From Alphaproteobacteria bacterium (GTDB taxonomy: Bacteria > Pseudomonadota > Alphaproteobacteria > MPNO01 > UBA830): a stretch of DNA of 64,000 bases. The DNA lies in the NCBI GenBank assembly GCA_964291215.2, contig OZ219791.1, positions 32,001-96,000 on the forward strand, written 5' to 3'. Shown one piece after another: positions 10,784 to 21,028 of this stretch. How positions within the stretch are numbered: the stretch's first letter is position 1; every line of letters starts with the position of its first letter. The notes under the pieces were generated by a model that was given only the letters and a program-made list of their open reading frames with translations, was not told the origin of the DNA and searched no databases. The translations under genes were made by a program, and so were the position numbers.

Positions 10784-11293
10784 CTACAGCCCGAGCCGTT
10801 CGAACGTCCGAAGCGGCAGGTACAGGCGCAGCGGCCGCAACGGGAACGGCACGAAGCCGTACCGCTCGTAGAAGGCGCTGGCGCGGTCGTGCAGCGCATC
10901 GACCACGACGGCATAGACGCCGATGGTGTCGCCCGCGCGGACGACCCGATGGATCGCATCGAGCAGCAGGGTCTCGCCGAGCCCGCTTTCCTGACTGCGA
11001 AGATCGACGGCCAGCCGCCCGATGACGGCCGCCGGCACGGGATAGTGCGGCAGCCGCCGGGCGAGGTCCGCCGGCAGGTTGTCCTTCTCGAAGCTCGCCG
11101 CGCTCAGCGTGTAGTAGCCGGCGATCCGTTCCGACGGGTCGCCCGGTGCGACTAACACCCGCGCGACGCGCCGCCGGGCGTCCTGGGAAGCTTGCCGGCG
11201 GATGTAGCGGTCGAGCGACGGCTCCCCGCAGGAGAAGGTCGCGCGGTCGTGATGCGGGCCGAGCGGCTCGACCGTCAGCGGCGCTTCATCCAC
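10784..11293 (-). CDS. GNAT acetyltransferase toxin (TacT/AtaT-like)
   Basis: HDRATFSCGEPSLDRY, GYYTLSA, IGRLAVD..QESGLG, VVVDA..AFYERYGF. Overlaps the antitoxin stop. Confidence 0.92.
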   Translation of the reverse strand: MDEAPLTVEPLGPHHDRATFSCGEPSLDRYIRRQASQDARRRVARVLVAPGDPSERIAGYYTLSAASFEKDNLPADLARRLPHYPVPAAVIGRLAVDLRSQESGLGETLLLDAIHRVVRAGDTIGVYAVVVDALHDRASAFYERYGFVPFPLRPLRLYLPLRTFERLGL

Positions 11294-11570
11294 CGATGCG
11301 CTCGCGGTAACGGCGCGCGGCGCGGCGCAGCGCCGCGTTCGGCGCGGGCGGGTTGAGCAGCGCGTCGTGGAAGGCGTCCCAGTCCGTCGCCAGGAGGACG
11401 ATCCGCTCGCGCGCCTCGATCACCCGCTCGGCCTCGGCTACGGCGCTGTGCAGCACGAAACGGCTGACCGTGGTTTCCTCGTAGGCCGCCGCGCGTTCGA
11501 GCTTGCGCTTGCTCCTGGCGTCGAGGCGCAGGTGGACCCGCTCGTGCTTCGTCTCGGCTGTTTCGGCCAT
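11286..11570 (-). CDS. DUF1778 RHH antitoxin (TacA/AtaR-like)
   Basis: MAETAETKHERVHLRLDARSKRKLERAAAYEETTVSRFVL...WDAFHDALLNPPAPNAALRRAA. Confidence 0.92.
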   Translation of the reverse strand: MAETAETKHERVHLRLDARSKRKLERAAAYEETTVSRFVLHSAVAEAERVIEARERIVLLATDWDAFHDALLNPPAPNAALRRAARRYRERIGG

Positions 11571-11602
11571 TACGATGTCTCCCGCGTGAGTTGACGATAG
11601 AC

Positions 11603-11625
11603 ATATGCACCAAATTGGCGTACAT
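11603..11625. promoter_or_regulatory. Imperfect palindrome, probable TA autorepression operator
   Basis: ATATGCACCAAATTGGCGTACAT lies just upstream of the antitoxin and resembles TGTACG-type RHH operators. Confidence 0.55.
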
Positions 11626-13408
11626 TGCAACCGTGTCGGCGGAGGACGCCGGCGAGAGACAGGAGAATCGAGACCCTTCGCTGTGCGCTTTACGCCCGCT
11701 ATTCGTCCGACCAGCAGCGGCCGGCCTCCATCGAGGACCAGTTCCGGGTCTGCCGCGAGCACGCGGAGCGCGAGGGCTGGAAGATCGTCGGCACGTACAG
11801 GGACTCCGCCATCTCGGGAGACAGCGTGATCCTCCGGCCCGGCGTCCAGGCGCTTCTGGAGGACGCGCGGCGGGGCGCGTTCGAGATCGTCGTCGCCCTC
11901 GACCGGATCAGCCGCGACCAGGCCGATGTTGCGACCCTCTACAAGCATCTGCGCTTCGCCGGCGTGACGATCTTCACGCTCGCGGCGGGCGAAGGCGAGA
12001 TCAACGAGCTTCACGTCGGCCTCAAGGGGACCATGAACGCGCTCTTCCTGAAGGACCTCGCGGCGAAGACGCACCGGGGGCTCCGGGGCCGCGTCGAGGC
12101 CGGCAAGTCGGGCGGCGGCATCTGCTACGGCTACGACGTGGTGAAGCTGCACGACGAGGCCGGCGAGCGCATCCGGGGCGAGCGGGAGATCAACGAGGCC
12201 GAGGCGGAGATCGTCCGGCGCATCTTCCGCGAGTTCGCCGCCGGCACCAGCCCGCGCGCCATCGCGCGGCGCCTCAACGACGAGGGCATCCCCGGCGCCA
12301 AGGGCAGGCTCTGGAGCGACTCCGTCCTGCGCGGCCACGCCAGGCGCGGCACCGGGCTGCTCAACAACGAGCTCTATATCGGCCGGCTGGTGTGGAACCG
12401 CCAGCGCTTCCTGAAGAACCCGGACACCGGCAAGCGGGTCGCGCGCGTCAACCCGCCCGAGGAATGGATAATCGCCGAGGTTCCGGAGCTCCGCATTGTC
12501 GACGACGCGCTGTGGCAGGACGCCAAGGCCCGGCAGGGAGAGCTTGCCGAGAAATACGCCATCGCGGCGACGCGGAACGCCCACGCCAACCGCATGAACG
12601 CCGCCCACCGGCCGCGTTACCTGCTCTCCGGGCTGCTCGAATGCGGCGTCTGCGGCGGCCCCTATTCCATGCGCGGACAGGGCCGCTACGGCTGCTCTAA
12701 CCACGTCATGACGGGCTCGTGCGCCAACAGCCGGACCATCCGGCGCGTCGAGATCGAGGAGCGGGTGCTGGCGGGGCTGAAGGACAAGCTGATGGAGCCC
12801 GAGGCCGCCGCCGAAGCGATGAAAGCGTATGCCGAGGAGACCAACCGGCTCAACCGCGAGCGTCGGGCGCGAGCGACCGCGCGGAGCTGGCCGGGATCGA
12901 GAAGAAGATCGCGTCGATGCTCGACGCCATTGAGGAGGGTGGCTACGTGCGGGGTATGTCCGACCGGCTCCGCGAGCTGGAGGCCCGCCAGGACGAGATC
13001 AACGAACGGCTGTCAGCCGCTCCGGTCGACATCCCGGACGTTCACCCCAACATTGCCGGCGTCTACCGCCGCAAGGTGGAGCGGCTCGCGGAGGCGCTGG
13101 CCGATCCCCGCGACCAGGCGGCGGAAGCCATAAGGGGGCTGATTGAGCGGATCGTGCTGACCCCCGGCGCGAAGCGTGGCGAGTTGCACGCCGCGCTCCA
13201 TGGCGACCTCGGCACCATCCTCGAATGGGCCGGGAGCGGCAGGGCGAAGGGAGCGACCGACATCCTGCGAGGCGGAATGTCGGTCTCGGTGGTAGCGGGG
13301 GCACGCAACGGCCGACAGCAGGAGGGCCTTTCCAAGCCGCGGCATGATGGTTTGACGAAGGAGCTGGCCATCCGTTTCTCTGAGTTGGGTCAGACGATAA
13401 CCCGCTAG
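11625..13408 (+). CDS. Large serine recombinase (resolvase + recombinase + Zn ribbon); frameshift ~12870; start uncertain
   Basis: CALYARYSSDQQ, LDRISRDQAD, LLSGLLECGVCGG, IRGLIERIVLTP, SVSVVAGARN. Confidence 0.9.
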
Positions 13409-13419
13409 GCTGCACATTA

Positions 13420-13540
13420 GCTCTATGCGCAACCATTTGCCTAAACGCAACCAGAAGCCGGCTATGCGCAATATTAATTGCGCATTGGATTGATGGTTGC
13501 GTATATACATGCTTTAATTGCGCATATAGTCTATGCGCAA
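13420..13540. promoter_or_regulatory. Array of TGCGCA-core inverted repeats upstream of the Fic gene
   Basis: ATGCGCAAT-ATTA-ATTGCGCAT (13464-13485), TTGCGCATA-TAGTC-TATGCGCAA (13518-13540) and a further CTATGCGCAA near 13423. Confidence 0.6.
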
Positions 13541-13551
13541 GATGGAGTGAC

Positions 13552-14979
13552 ATGGCAAAGCCCATACCAGAGCAGGAATTGAAAGCCATTGAAGCGGTGG
13601 TGTCTGCCCACCCCGAGGGCATCGCAATTCAGGACATCCAGGATAAACTGGAAGAGGAAATAGCTCGTCGTACGCTTCAATATCGCCTCAAGCACCTTGT
13701 CGACGAAGGCCGTCTAGTCACGGAGGGCAAAAGGCGCTGGGCCAAGTATCTACTGCCTACTGCCGCCAAACGTCAGGCAAAGGCTCCCGAAGTATCCGAA
13801 GAGGGGATGGCTGGCGAAGTGCCGCTCTCAAAGCAGGCGGCTAAAGTCCAGAAACATGTCCGCAAGCCTCTCCGCGCCCGAAAGCCCGCCGGTTATCAAC
13901 GCGCGTTCCTTGATGCCTACAGGCCCAACGACACCGTCTACTTGTCAGCGAAGGAACGTGCGCACCTGCGGGAGGTCGGGACCCCGACTTCCGGGGAGCA
14001 ACCCGCCGGAACATACGCGAAGCAGATATTGAACCGACTGCTTATCGATCTGTCATGGAACTCCAGCCGTCTGGAAGGGAACACATACTCGCTGCTCGAT
14101 ACAAAGCGGCTGATTGACTTCGACGAAGTGGCCGAAGGCAAAGAACAACTCGAAGCGCAAATGATCCTGAACCACAAGGACGCAATCGAGTTTCTCGTGG
14201 GTTCGGCGGAAGAGATCGGGTTCAACCGGCACACGATCCTGAACCTGCATGCCCTGCTGGCGAACAATCTTCTAGCCGATCTGGAAGCGATGGGCCGCCT
14301 GCGCCGGATCGCGGTCGGCATAGAAAAATCGGCGTTTCATCCGCTCGAAGTGCCTCAACTCATAGAAGAATGCTTCGATCAAATTCTCGCCACTGCCGAG
14401 GCCATCGAAAACCCGTTCGAACAAGCGTTTTTCGTTATGGTGCAGTTGCCCTATTTGCAGCCGTTCGATGACGTGAATAAGCGTGTCTCGCGCCTTGCCG
14501 CGAACATACCTTTAATCAAGACGAACCTCATGCCGCTCTCATTCACCGACGTTCCAGTCATAACCCACACGGAAGCGATGCTCGGTGTGTACGAACTGAA
14601 CAGGATCGATTTGCTAAAGGACGTTTTCATCTGGGCTTACGAGCGTTCGGCGTTACGCTACGCGGCGGTCAGGCAATCGCTTGGTGAGCCGGATCCATTC
14701 CGCCTGAAGTATCGCGAAGCCTTGCTTGAGATCGTCCAGACTATCGTACTTGAGCGGCTGAACAAGAAAGTAGCCTTCTCCCACATCGCCGCCTGGGCCG
14801 GAAAGAACATCGAAGCCGATGAACAGGACCAGTTCAGGGAAGTTACTGAAAATGAAGTTCTGGGACTCCACGAGGGCAACTTCGCACGCTACCGGATAAA
14901 GCCGTCGCAGTTTAAGGCATGGCAGGACGCCTGGAACTGGCCGGGGAAAGAGCAAACTGCTGCGATGGAGAACGACTAA
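13552..14979 (+). CDS. Fic-family protein with N-terminal winged HTH
   Basis: SWNSSRLEGNTY and variant Fic motif YLQPFDDVNKRVSR. N-terminal ARRTLQYRLKHLVDEGRL. Confidence 0.9.
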   Translation: MAKPIPEQELKAIEAVVSAHPEGIAIQDIQDKLEEEIARRTLQYRLKHLVDEGRLVTEGKRRWAKYLLPTAAKRQAKAPEVSEEGMAGEVPLSKQAAKVQKHVRKPLRARKPAGYQRAFLDAYRPNDTVYLSAKERAHLREVGTPTSGEQPAGTYAKQILNRLLIDLSWNSSRLEGNTYSLLDTKRLIDFDEVAEGKEQLEAQMILNHKDAIEFLVGSAEEIGFNRHTILNLHALLANNLLADLEAMGRLRRIAVGIEKSAFHPLEVPQLIEECFDQILATAEAIENPFEQAFFVMVQLPYLQPFDDVNKRVSRLAANIPLIKTNLMPLSFTDVPVITHTEAMLGVYELNRIDLLKDVFIWAYERSALRYAAVRQSLGEPDPFRLKYREALLEIVQTIVLERLNKKVAFSHIAAWAGKNIEADEQDQFREVTENEVLGLHEGNFARYRIKPSQFKAWQDAWNWPGKEQTAAMEND

Positions 14980-15094
14980 TGAATGATCTGGTTCGCATCG
15001 TTGTGGCCGAACTCGTGCGTTTCCTCGCGATCGATGCGATGATCTTCCTCAAGTAGGAGCGCGGCTGGGATTCTTAAGGAAAACCGCATTCCTC

Positions 15095-15235
15095 CTACCC
15101 GTCCCGCCGATTCCACACGAGCCAAGCGGCCCCATCCTCCTCGAAAAGGGCTGCCCGAACGGGCTCCGGGAATCTCGGATTATCCAGTTGGACGCTAAGG
15201 TCAGACGTCCTGACCTCGGCTTCGATGTTTCCAAA
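15095..15235 (-). pseudogene. DUF736-like protein C-terminal remnant next to IS630
   Basis: Minus-strand translation ...LSVQLDNPRFPEPVRAALFEEDGAAWLVWNRRDG*. Confidence 0.55.
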
Positions 15236-15249
15236 TCAGGGGGATGCTT

Positions 15250-16372
15250 CTAGTGTTATGTCAGCAATGATATGTCGTACATTTGGTGCTAGACTGTCCG
15301 TCCATTCGGGATGGAGGTCGGAGTATGAAACGCTACGTGGTGACCCTGGACGAACGGGCAGAACTTTCGGAGATCAAGGGCTCGCACCTGTCGCAAAAGG
15401 TAATCAACGCCCTGCTTAACTGCGACGAGGGCGCGTTCAATGAATGCCAGATGACCGGGAAGGTCATTGCTGGGATTCTGCGCATCAGCATGCGCAAAGT
15501 AGACCGAGTAAAGAAGCGTTTCGAGGGGCTGGAGGCGGCATTGGGTGGCCGGCGCCGTCCTACCTATATGCGAAAAGCCGACGGCGTCTTCGAGGCGCGT
15601 GGCCCTGAGTTGTGGTGAACCGCCTGAGGGTTACGCGCAATGGTCGTTGCGGCTGCTGGCCGACCGCGTTGTCGAGCTTGGTTACATTGATACCGTGTCA
15701 CACGAGACGGTGCGGCGTGTTCTAAAAAAAACTGCCTCAAGCCATGGCAGCGGGTGGGTGATTCCTCCTCAAGGGAACGCCGACTTCGCCGCAGCGAAGG
15801 TGCTCGATGTCTATCGCCGCCCCGCCGCCTTCCCCGTGGTCTGCATGGACGAAACGCCCCGACCGGCGAGACACGGCAACCGATCGCCATGGCGCCGGGA
15901 CGGGCGTAACGACTACGAGTATCGACGTTGCGGTACCTGCAACGTCTTCACGGAACCCCTGGCCGGCAAGCGCATGACCAAGGTAACCGAGCGCAAGATC
16001 GATTGGGCGCAGTTCCTGGCCGACATCGCCGGGCGCTACCAGGACGCCACCACCATCACCCTGGTGATGGACAACCTCAACACTCCCCGGCGCCTTCTAT
16101 GAGGCCTACCCGCCGGACGAGGCCTTGTGGGACCGCTTCGAGTTCGTCTACACTCCCAAGCACGGCAGTTGGCTGAACGTGGTCGAACTCAACGTCATGA
16201 TCCGCCTGAACCGCCGCATCGACTGCATCGAGGTGCTACGCCGGGAAGTTGCCGCCTGGCAGGCCTCCCGCGACCGCATCCAGGCCAAGGTGGATTGGCA
16301 GTTCACCACCGACGATGCCCGCGTGAAACTCAAACGCCTTTATCCGACATTTGACGAATGACAAGACACTAG
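15250..16372 (+). mobile_element. IS630-family element (two-ORF type with A8 slippery site at 15724-15731), degraded
   Basis: CTAG-flanked ends TAGTGTTATGTCA / TGACAAGACACTA. Motifs VVCMDE, LVMDNLNT, YTPKHGSWLN, VDWQFTTDDARVKLKRLYP. Confidence 0.9.
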
Positions 16373-16406
16373 GCCGAGTTTGCGTGCGTTGTCTGGCCCC
16401 CAGTCG

Positions 16407-17649
16407 GGTACTGTAACTTGATGTCTGGAAATTTGTCTGAGGTTTGCGCTTTGAGGCGTTTCACTGGGGGGGGCTAGCCCCCCAGTGAAACGCGGCGCCA
16501 TCGTGCTATCCCATGGAGTTGGAAAAATTCATGGAGGAAGCGAATGGACCTGCGACACACTACGACGATCGGGACTGTTTTGGAACATCTGATCGCAAAC
16601 GGAGCAACGGATCCGGGGCGGGTCTTTGGCCAGCTCTTCGAGCTTGCGATGCAAATCGAGCGCGAGCAGCACTTGAAAGCGGGCCACCGGACACCGGAGC
16701 GACAGGGCTATGCCAACGGCTACAAGCGGATCGACACCCCCACTGTTACCGTTCAGGTGCCAAAGACGGCCGGTCACGGGGACGATCCGTCCCCAGTCGC
16801 TTGAACGCGGCCAGCGATCTTCTCGCGCCGTGGCTGTAGCCGAGATGTACATCAAGGGTGTTTCCACACGGCAGGATGTAATGCGCGAGTTCGGGAGCCT
16901 GTCCTCTTCTCAGGTCAGCCGGGCCACCAGGTTGCTCGATGAAGAACTCGCCGCGCAACCGGCCCCTGATGAAATACCTGATCCTGGATGCGCGCTACGA
17001 AAAAGCCCGCCATGACGGCGTTGTGCGCGATGTCGCAGTGCTCTCGGCCATTGGAATAGGGGCTGCAGGCACGTTCTGGGGCTCTCTGTGGCGCTCTCCG
17101 AGGCCGAGGTCCATTGGAGAGCCTTCCTGGAAAGCTTGCTAGCCCTGCATGGTACGACCTTCATCGTCTCGGATGCCGGGCTGAAAGCGGCACGGTGCTG
17201 GGCGCGGCGACATGGCAGCGCTGCCAATTCCACCTGGCGCAAAACGCCGTGCACCGAACAACGACATCAGGAAACGTATTGGAAAACAGCTCGGAGCCAT
17301 GCGTCCTCACTCCAAACCGCCGAGGCTGAACTGGGCGCCCTCGTGGCCAGCGACAAGCATCCAGGCTTCCTGGCTGGAAAACAATGCGGGGCTCGCTGTC
17401 TTCACCTTGCCCGATGCTCACCACAAGCGTATGCGAACCTCGAACGGCATCGAGCGACCGATCCAGCAAGAGCTCAAGCGGCGCACCTCCAAAGTCAGGG
17501 TCTTTCCAAACCTCGCCTCGTTGGAGCGCCTCTCAACCGCAGTCCTCATCGACGAAAAATGGGAAACCGAAACCAAGGCATACATCAAATGGGAACAGCT
17601 CGATGACTGAGAGCTTCACGACAATTTCCAGACATCAGGTTGCGTAATC
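16407..17649 (+). mobile_element. IS256-family element, degraded; no matching TSD
   Basis: TIR core TGATGTCTGGAAATT at both ends. Motifs EMYIKGVSTR, YLILDARYEK, WQRCQFHL, RTSNGIER, VRVFPN. Confidence 0.88.
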
Positions 17650-17902
17650 GGCCTTGTGGGATCGATTCGAATTCGTCTACACCCCCAAGCACGGCAGTTG
17701 GCTGAACGTGGTGGAACTCAACGTCATGATCCGCCAGTACCTGAACCGCCGCATCGACCGAGGTGCTACGCCGGGAGGTCGCAGCCTAGCAGGCCTCCCG
17801 CGACCGCATTCAGGCCAAGGTGGATTGGCAGTTCACCACCGACGATGCCCGCGTGAAACTCAAACGCCTTTATCCGATATTTGACGAATGACAAGACACT
17901 AG
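17650..17902 (+). mobile_element. IS630 3' fragment abutting the IS256 right end
   Basis: Near-identical to 16121-16372 and ends in TGACAAGACACTAG. Confidence 0.88.
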
Positions 17903-17936
17903 GGTAGCGAAACAGGAAACCCGGGAGCATTCAGCC

Positions 17937-19264
17937 ATGAATCACCTTGGTGCGCTTGCGGCTCATGCCGCCGAATCTGTCCCTTCAGAGGAGGTGCGCG
18001 CGAAAGCCGCGTTGGTGCTGGCCGATACGCTTGCGCCGATCGTGGGCGGGTCGGTGGAAGCCGAGGTGCAGGCGCTGACGGGACGACTTTGCACGGACGC
18101 GACAGGCGAGGTCTTGATCATAGGGCCGGGGCGGCGCACAGATCCAAAGACGGCAGCGCTTTTGAATGGCACCGCAGGCACAGCGCTGGAGATGGATGAA
18201 GGACACCAGTTCTGCAAGGGACACCCGGCGATCTATGTTATCCAGGCGGTTCTGGCTGCCGCCCAGTACCAACACCCGTCCCGCCAGGCGATCCTGACCG
18301 CAATTGCCGTTGGTTATGAAGCGGCGGCATGGGTCGGCATCGCCACCCAACTGCGTCCTTCGATGCATGGCACATGGGGGCCATCGGCGCGGTGGCGGCT
18401 GTTCTTCGGTTGCAGGGCGCATCACAGGCCGAGATCCGGGATGGCATGAACATGGCGGCAAGCCTTGGGCTGTCGACTTCGCGCCGGACAATGCTGGAGG
18501 GCGGTACGGTCAGAAACCTCTTCGCGGGCGTGTCGAACCAGATGGGTCTACTGGTTGCCGATCTCGTGGCGACCGGGTTTTCAGGCGACACCGAGGGTGT
18601 TGCTCATGTATTTGGACAGGTCGTGTCGGACCGGTTCGATCCAAGCGCGCTGACGGACGACCTGGGTCATCGCTGGGAGATCATGCGCAATTACTTCAAG
18701 CTGCATGCCTGTTGCAGGTTCAATCATGCCGCTCTTGATGCGCTGGACTTGCTGCTTGCGGACGCGCCGGACTTCGTGCCGGAAGACATCGCCGAGATCA
18801 TCGTCGAGACCTATGGGCTTGCCGTCGAATTGGACGATGCCGCACCAAGGAACGTTCTGGCCGCCAAGTTCTCGGTATCCTTCGCGATGGCGGCTCGGTT
18901 GATCACGGGGGTCAGCACGGTCGAGAGTTTCTCGGCAGAGCGCGTGAGAGACGAGGTGATCCAGGCATTGGCCAGTCGCGTGCGGCTGGTCGAGGATCCC
19001 GCGATGACCGCCAAACTTCCCAACCAACGACCTGCGCAGGTGACGGGCGCCTTGCGCGACGGGCGCCGCTTCACCGCATCGACCGAGACAAACCGGGGGG
19101 ACTGGGCCGACCCGTTCACAAAGACCGAGGTGCACGGCAAGTATATGTCTCTCACCGCCCGAGTCCGGTCACGCGAGAAATCGCAGGAGGTTTGGGACGC
19201 AGCACTGGAACTGGACAGCGGAGATGGTGCGGCTTTTCTCGACCTTCTTGCCCGGCCAGACTGA
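17937..19264 (+). pseudogene. MmgE/PrpD family protein, frameshifted at a G5 run (~18376-18380)
   Basis: AALLNGTAGTALEMDEGH..GHP (ORF 17937) continues in ORF 18329 with YFKLHACCRFNH and AAKFSVSF. Confidence 0.85.
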
Positions 19265-19274
19265 TGGGGGTGAC

Positions 19275-19661
19275 ATGACATCGGAAGAACAGATCGCACT
19301 GGTAGAACGCTATTTCACAGCCGTCGATGCAGAGGACTTGCCTGCTCTTTTGGGCACACTCAGCCCCGATTGCATCTTTACCGTGGAAACTCACGGCGTG
19401 CGGCTTCAAGGTCTGGCTGAAATCAGCGGGATGTTCGAGCGGCTCTGGAGCGACCACAAAGCAGTTCGTCATCACAAATTCACCCATGTTCCGGATCCGG
19501 CAGGCGGGCGTATCGCCTCGCGGTTCCAGGTCGAGAACACCGAGTTGGATGGCAGCCTGACACACAAGTCCAACTGCAACTTCTTTGAGGTCAACGGCGA
19601 AAGGTTCTCGTCCATCGCGGTCTACATGGCCGGACCGAACACTTTGGAGGCATCGACATGA
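19275..19661 (+). CDS. SnoaL/NTF2-like protein
   Basis: LVERYFTAVDAED...SNCNFF...VYMAGPNTL, about 128 aa. Confidence 0.8.
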   Translation: MTSEEQIALVERYFTAVDAEDLPALLGTLSPDCIFTVETHGVRLQGLAEISGMFERLWSDHKAVRHHKFTHVPDPAGGRIASRFQVENTELDGSLTHKSNCNFFEVNGERFSSIAVYMAGPNTLEAST

Positions 19662-21028
19662 GTATTCGCCCCTGGCCTGCGGAAGGGTTCGACATCACGA
19701 CGGAAACGCTGATCGTGGGTGCTGGTGCCGCCGGTTTGATCGCGGCCCTGTCAGCGCAGGAGGCGGGACAGGAGGTTTTGGTGTTGGAGGCGGATCCCGT
19801 GCCATCGGGTTCAACCGCGCTTTCCGCCGGGTTGATCCCCGCCCCCGGAACCAGGGCACAGAAGGCCGCCGGGATCGAAGACAGCGCCGCTCTCTTTGCC
19901 GCCGACATCATGCGAAAGGCCAAGGGCGAGAACGACCCCGAGCTGGTCGCCGCAATGACCGAGGGCGTCGGCGAAGCCATCGACTGGTTAAGCGACACCT
20001 ACGGCCTTCCCTTCACCGTCGTGGACGACTTCACCTATCCCGGCCATTCGCGCCGCCGGATGCATGGCCTGCCCTCGCGCGCAGGGATCGATTTGATCAA
20101 CGCACTGCGGGCCACCGCCGAGACGCAGTCCATCCCGATCGCCACCGAACGGCGGGTCGAGGTGCTGTTTGCCGATCCAGACGGCACCATTCGCGGCGTC
20201 GAGGCGGTGCGCCCAGATGGCGGGCGCGAAACGCTGGGCTGCGCGCGCTTGATCTTGGCTTGCAACGGCTATGGCGGCAATCGCGAGATGCTGCGGCGAC
20301 ATATGCCCGCAATCAGCGAGGCGATCTATTTCGGGCATGACGGCAACCGGGGCGACGCGATTTTGTGGGGCGAGGCTTTGGGGGCCGCAACCAAACACCT
20401 CGGCGCCTTTCAGGGCCACGGGAATGTCGCCCATCCCCACGGCATCCTGATCAGTTGGGCGGTGATCATGGAAGGCGGCGTTCAGGTCAATCTTGAGGGC
20501 CACCGGTTCTGGAACGAAACGCAAGGCTACTCGGAAGCCGCGGCGGCGGTTCTGGCGCAACCCGAGGGCGTGGCCTGGGCGATCTATGACCAACGCATCG
20601 CAGGGATTGCGCGTCAGTTCGTTGATTTTCAGGACGCCGAGGCACAAGGCGCGGTGCTGTGGGCCGACAGCTTTGCGGAACTTGCCGAAAAGACCAAACT
20701 CCCCAAAGAGGACCTGGCGGCAACCATGGGCCAAGTCGAGGCTGGGGACTGCCCGTTCGGGCGCGCTTTCGATCCCGCTCAAAGGCTGAAGCCGCCCTTC
20801 GCCGCGACACGGGTAACGGGCACTCTGTTTCACACCCAGGGCGGGCTGGATGTAACGGGCAACGGTCAGGTCAAGTGTCGGGATGGCGGGCTGTTTCCCA
20901 ATCTCTATGCCGTCGGCGGTGCTGCCGTCGGCGTCTCGGGATCGGGCGACGCGGGATACCTTTCGGGCAACGGGCTGATGAGCGCGGTGGTTCTCGGCAG
21001 AAAGGCCGGATTGGCCGGTCAGAGTTGA
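19658..21028 (+). CDS. FAD-dependent oxidoreductase (fumarate-reductase flavoprotein/TcuA-like)
   Basis: GAGAAG, GSTALSAG, LFHTQGGL, YLSGNGL. Confidence 0.85.
   Translation: MSIRPWPAEGFDITTETLIVGAGAAGLIAALSAQEAGQEVLVLEADPVPSGSTALSAGLIPAPGTRAQKAAGIEDSAALFAADIMRKAKGENDPELVAAMTEGVGEAIDWLSDTYGLPFTVVDDFTYPGHSRRRMHGLPSRAGIDLINALRATAETQSIPIATERRVEVLFADPDGTIRGVEAVRPDGGRETLGCARLILACNGYGGNREMLRRHMPAISEAIYFGHDGNRGDAILWGEALGAATKHLGAFQGHGNVAHPHGILISWAVIMEGGVQVNLEGHRFWNETQGYSEAAAAVLAQPEGVAWAIYDQRIAGIARQFVDFQDAEAQGAVLWADSFAELAEKTKLPKEDLAATMGQVEAGDCPFGRAFDPAQRLKPPFAATRVTGTLFHTQGGLDVTGNGQVKCRDGGLFPNLYAVGGAAVGVSGSGDAGYLSGNGLMSAVVLGRKAGLAGQS

Noticed and set aside
11286-12704. 472-aa minus-strand ORF as a giant antitoxin fusion
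   Set aside because: Only the last 94 aa are DUF1778; the rest is antisense to the recombinase.
13285-13330. tRNA fragment at the recombinase end
   Set aside because: GGTAGCGGGGGCACGCAAC resembles an antisense tRNA 3' end but lacks the T-loop complement (TTCGAA/TTTGAA); no tRNA is supported.
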